NCBI GenBank assembly: GCA_003971905.1
Contig: RSEE01000032.1
Span: 310,001-374,000 of the forward strand
Length of the DNA stretch: 64,000 nt
Direction of reading: 5' to 3'
Origin: Moniliella sp. 'wahieum'
Taxonomy: Eukaryota
The position numbers and the translations under genes are program-made. Below are positions 63,749 to 64,000 of the stretch, in pieces (positions within the stretch are counted from its first letter, which is position 1; every line of letters starts with the position of its first letter). Under the pieces are notes generated by a model that saw nothing but the letters and a program-made list of their open reading frames with translations, did not search any database and had not been told where the DNA came from.

Positions 63749-64000
63749 GGCGCGGAGGAAGACGGCACGTGGTGGTGGCGACGCGGCAATCGAGACGCGA
63801 GCGGCGTTGCGTTTGTTCAGCACAGCTCCGCTGCCGCCCCCAGCACTGCCCCCGTGCCGCCCGCCCGTATCACTGTCTGAGCAACCATGCGGTGTATACG
63901 TAAGCACCGCGTCTCCGCTTGGTCTTGGCGCGTTGGCCATTCCAGGCCATTTATGCTGCTGCTGTCGGCGCACACGCGGAGCACGTTGGAGACGAGGCAG

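Noticed and set aside
1..64000. Frameshifts in nearly every gene (RPS2, RFC4, PMA1, MAK21 and others) as programmed frameshifting, RNA editing or mass pseudogenisation
   Set aside because: They are single-base indels, often in homopolymers, in essential genes whose motifs and codon bias are otherwise intact. This is typical of unpolished long-read error. Only loci with stops and motif-destroying substitutions were called pseudogenes.

Overview
A gene-dense stretch of a fungal nuclear chromosome, most likely a basidiomycete yeast of the Ustilaginomycotina type (inferred from protein similarity, high GC, and few short GT..CTGAC..AG introns). About 22 protein genes are recognisable: KRE6/SKN1, SPC25, BUD13, EHD3, RPS2, EMG1, YTP1, TGL2-like lipase, RFC4, RER1, MAK21, a peroxisomal 4CL-like ligase, a bacterial-looking beta-lactamase-family hydrolase, PPIL2, a HERP/Usa1-like protein, RDS2/AcuM, an LRR protein, RPA1, PMA1, LTA4H and PPP4R2. 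There is also an intron-containing tRNA-Ala(UGC). Almost every gene carries scattered 1-nt indels, best explained as long-read assembly error, so CDS coordinates are gene spans rather than single ORFs. Four things stand out. (1) Promoter regions contain many different 7-bp tandem arrays that share one grammar: a palindromic hexamer A-NNNN-T plus one spacer base. (2) Heavily decayed copies of normally single-copy core genes (DBF2 kinase, GRX4, a tRNA) lie between intact genes, suggesting gene loss after a large duplication or hybridisation. (3) There is a 5'-truncated CRE/Cnl1/MoTeR-like retrotransposon fragment, next to a long hairpin of unknown function. (4) A probable bacterial HGT gene with a mitochondrial-type leader sits head-to-head with the CoA ligase. 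All gene identities come from recalled motifs; no database search was run.
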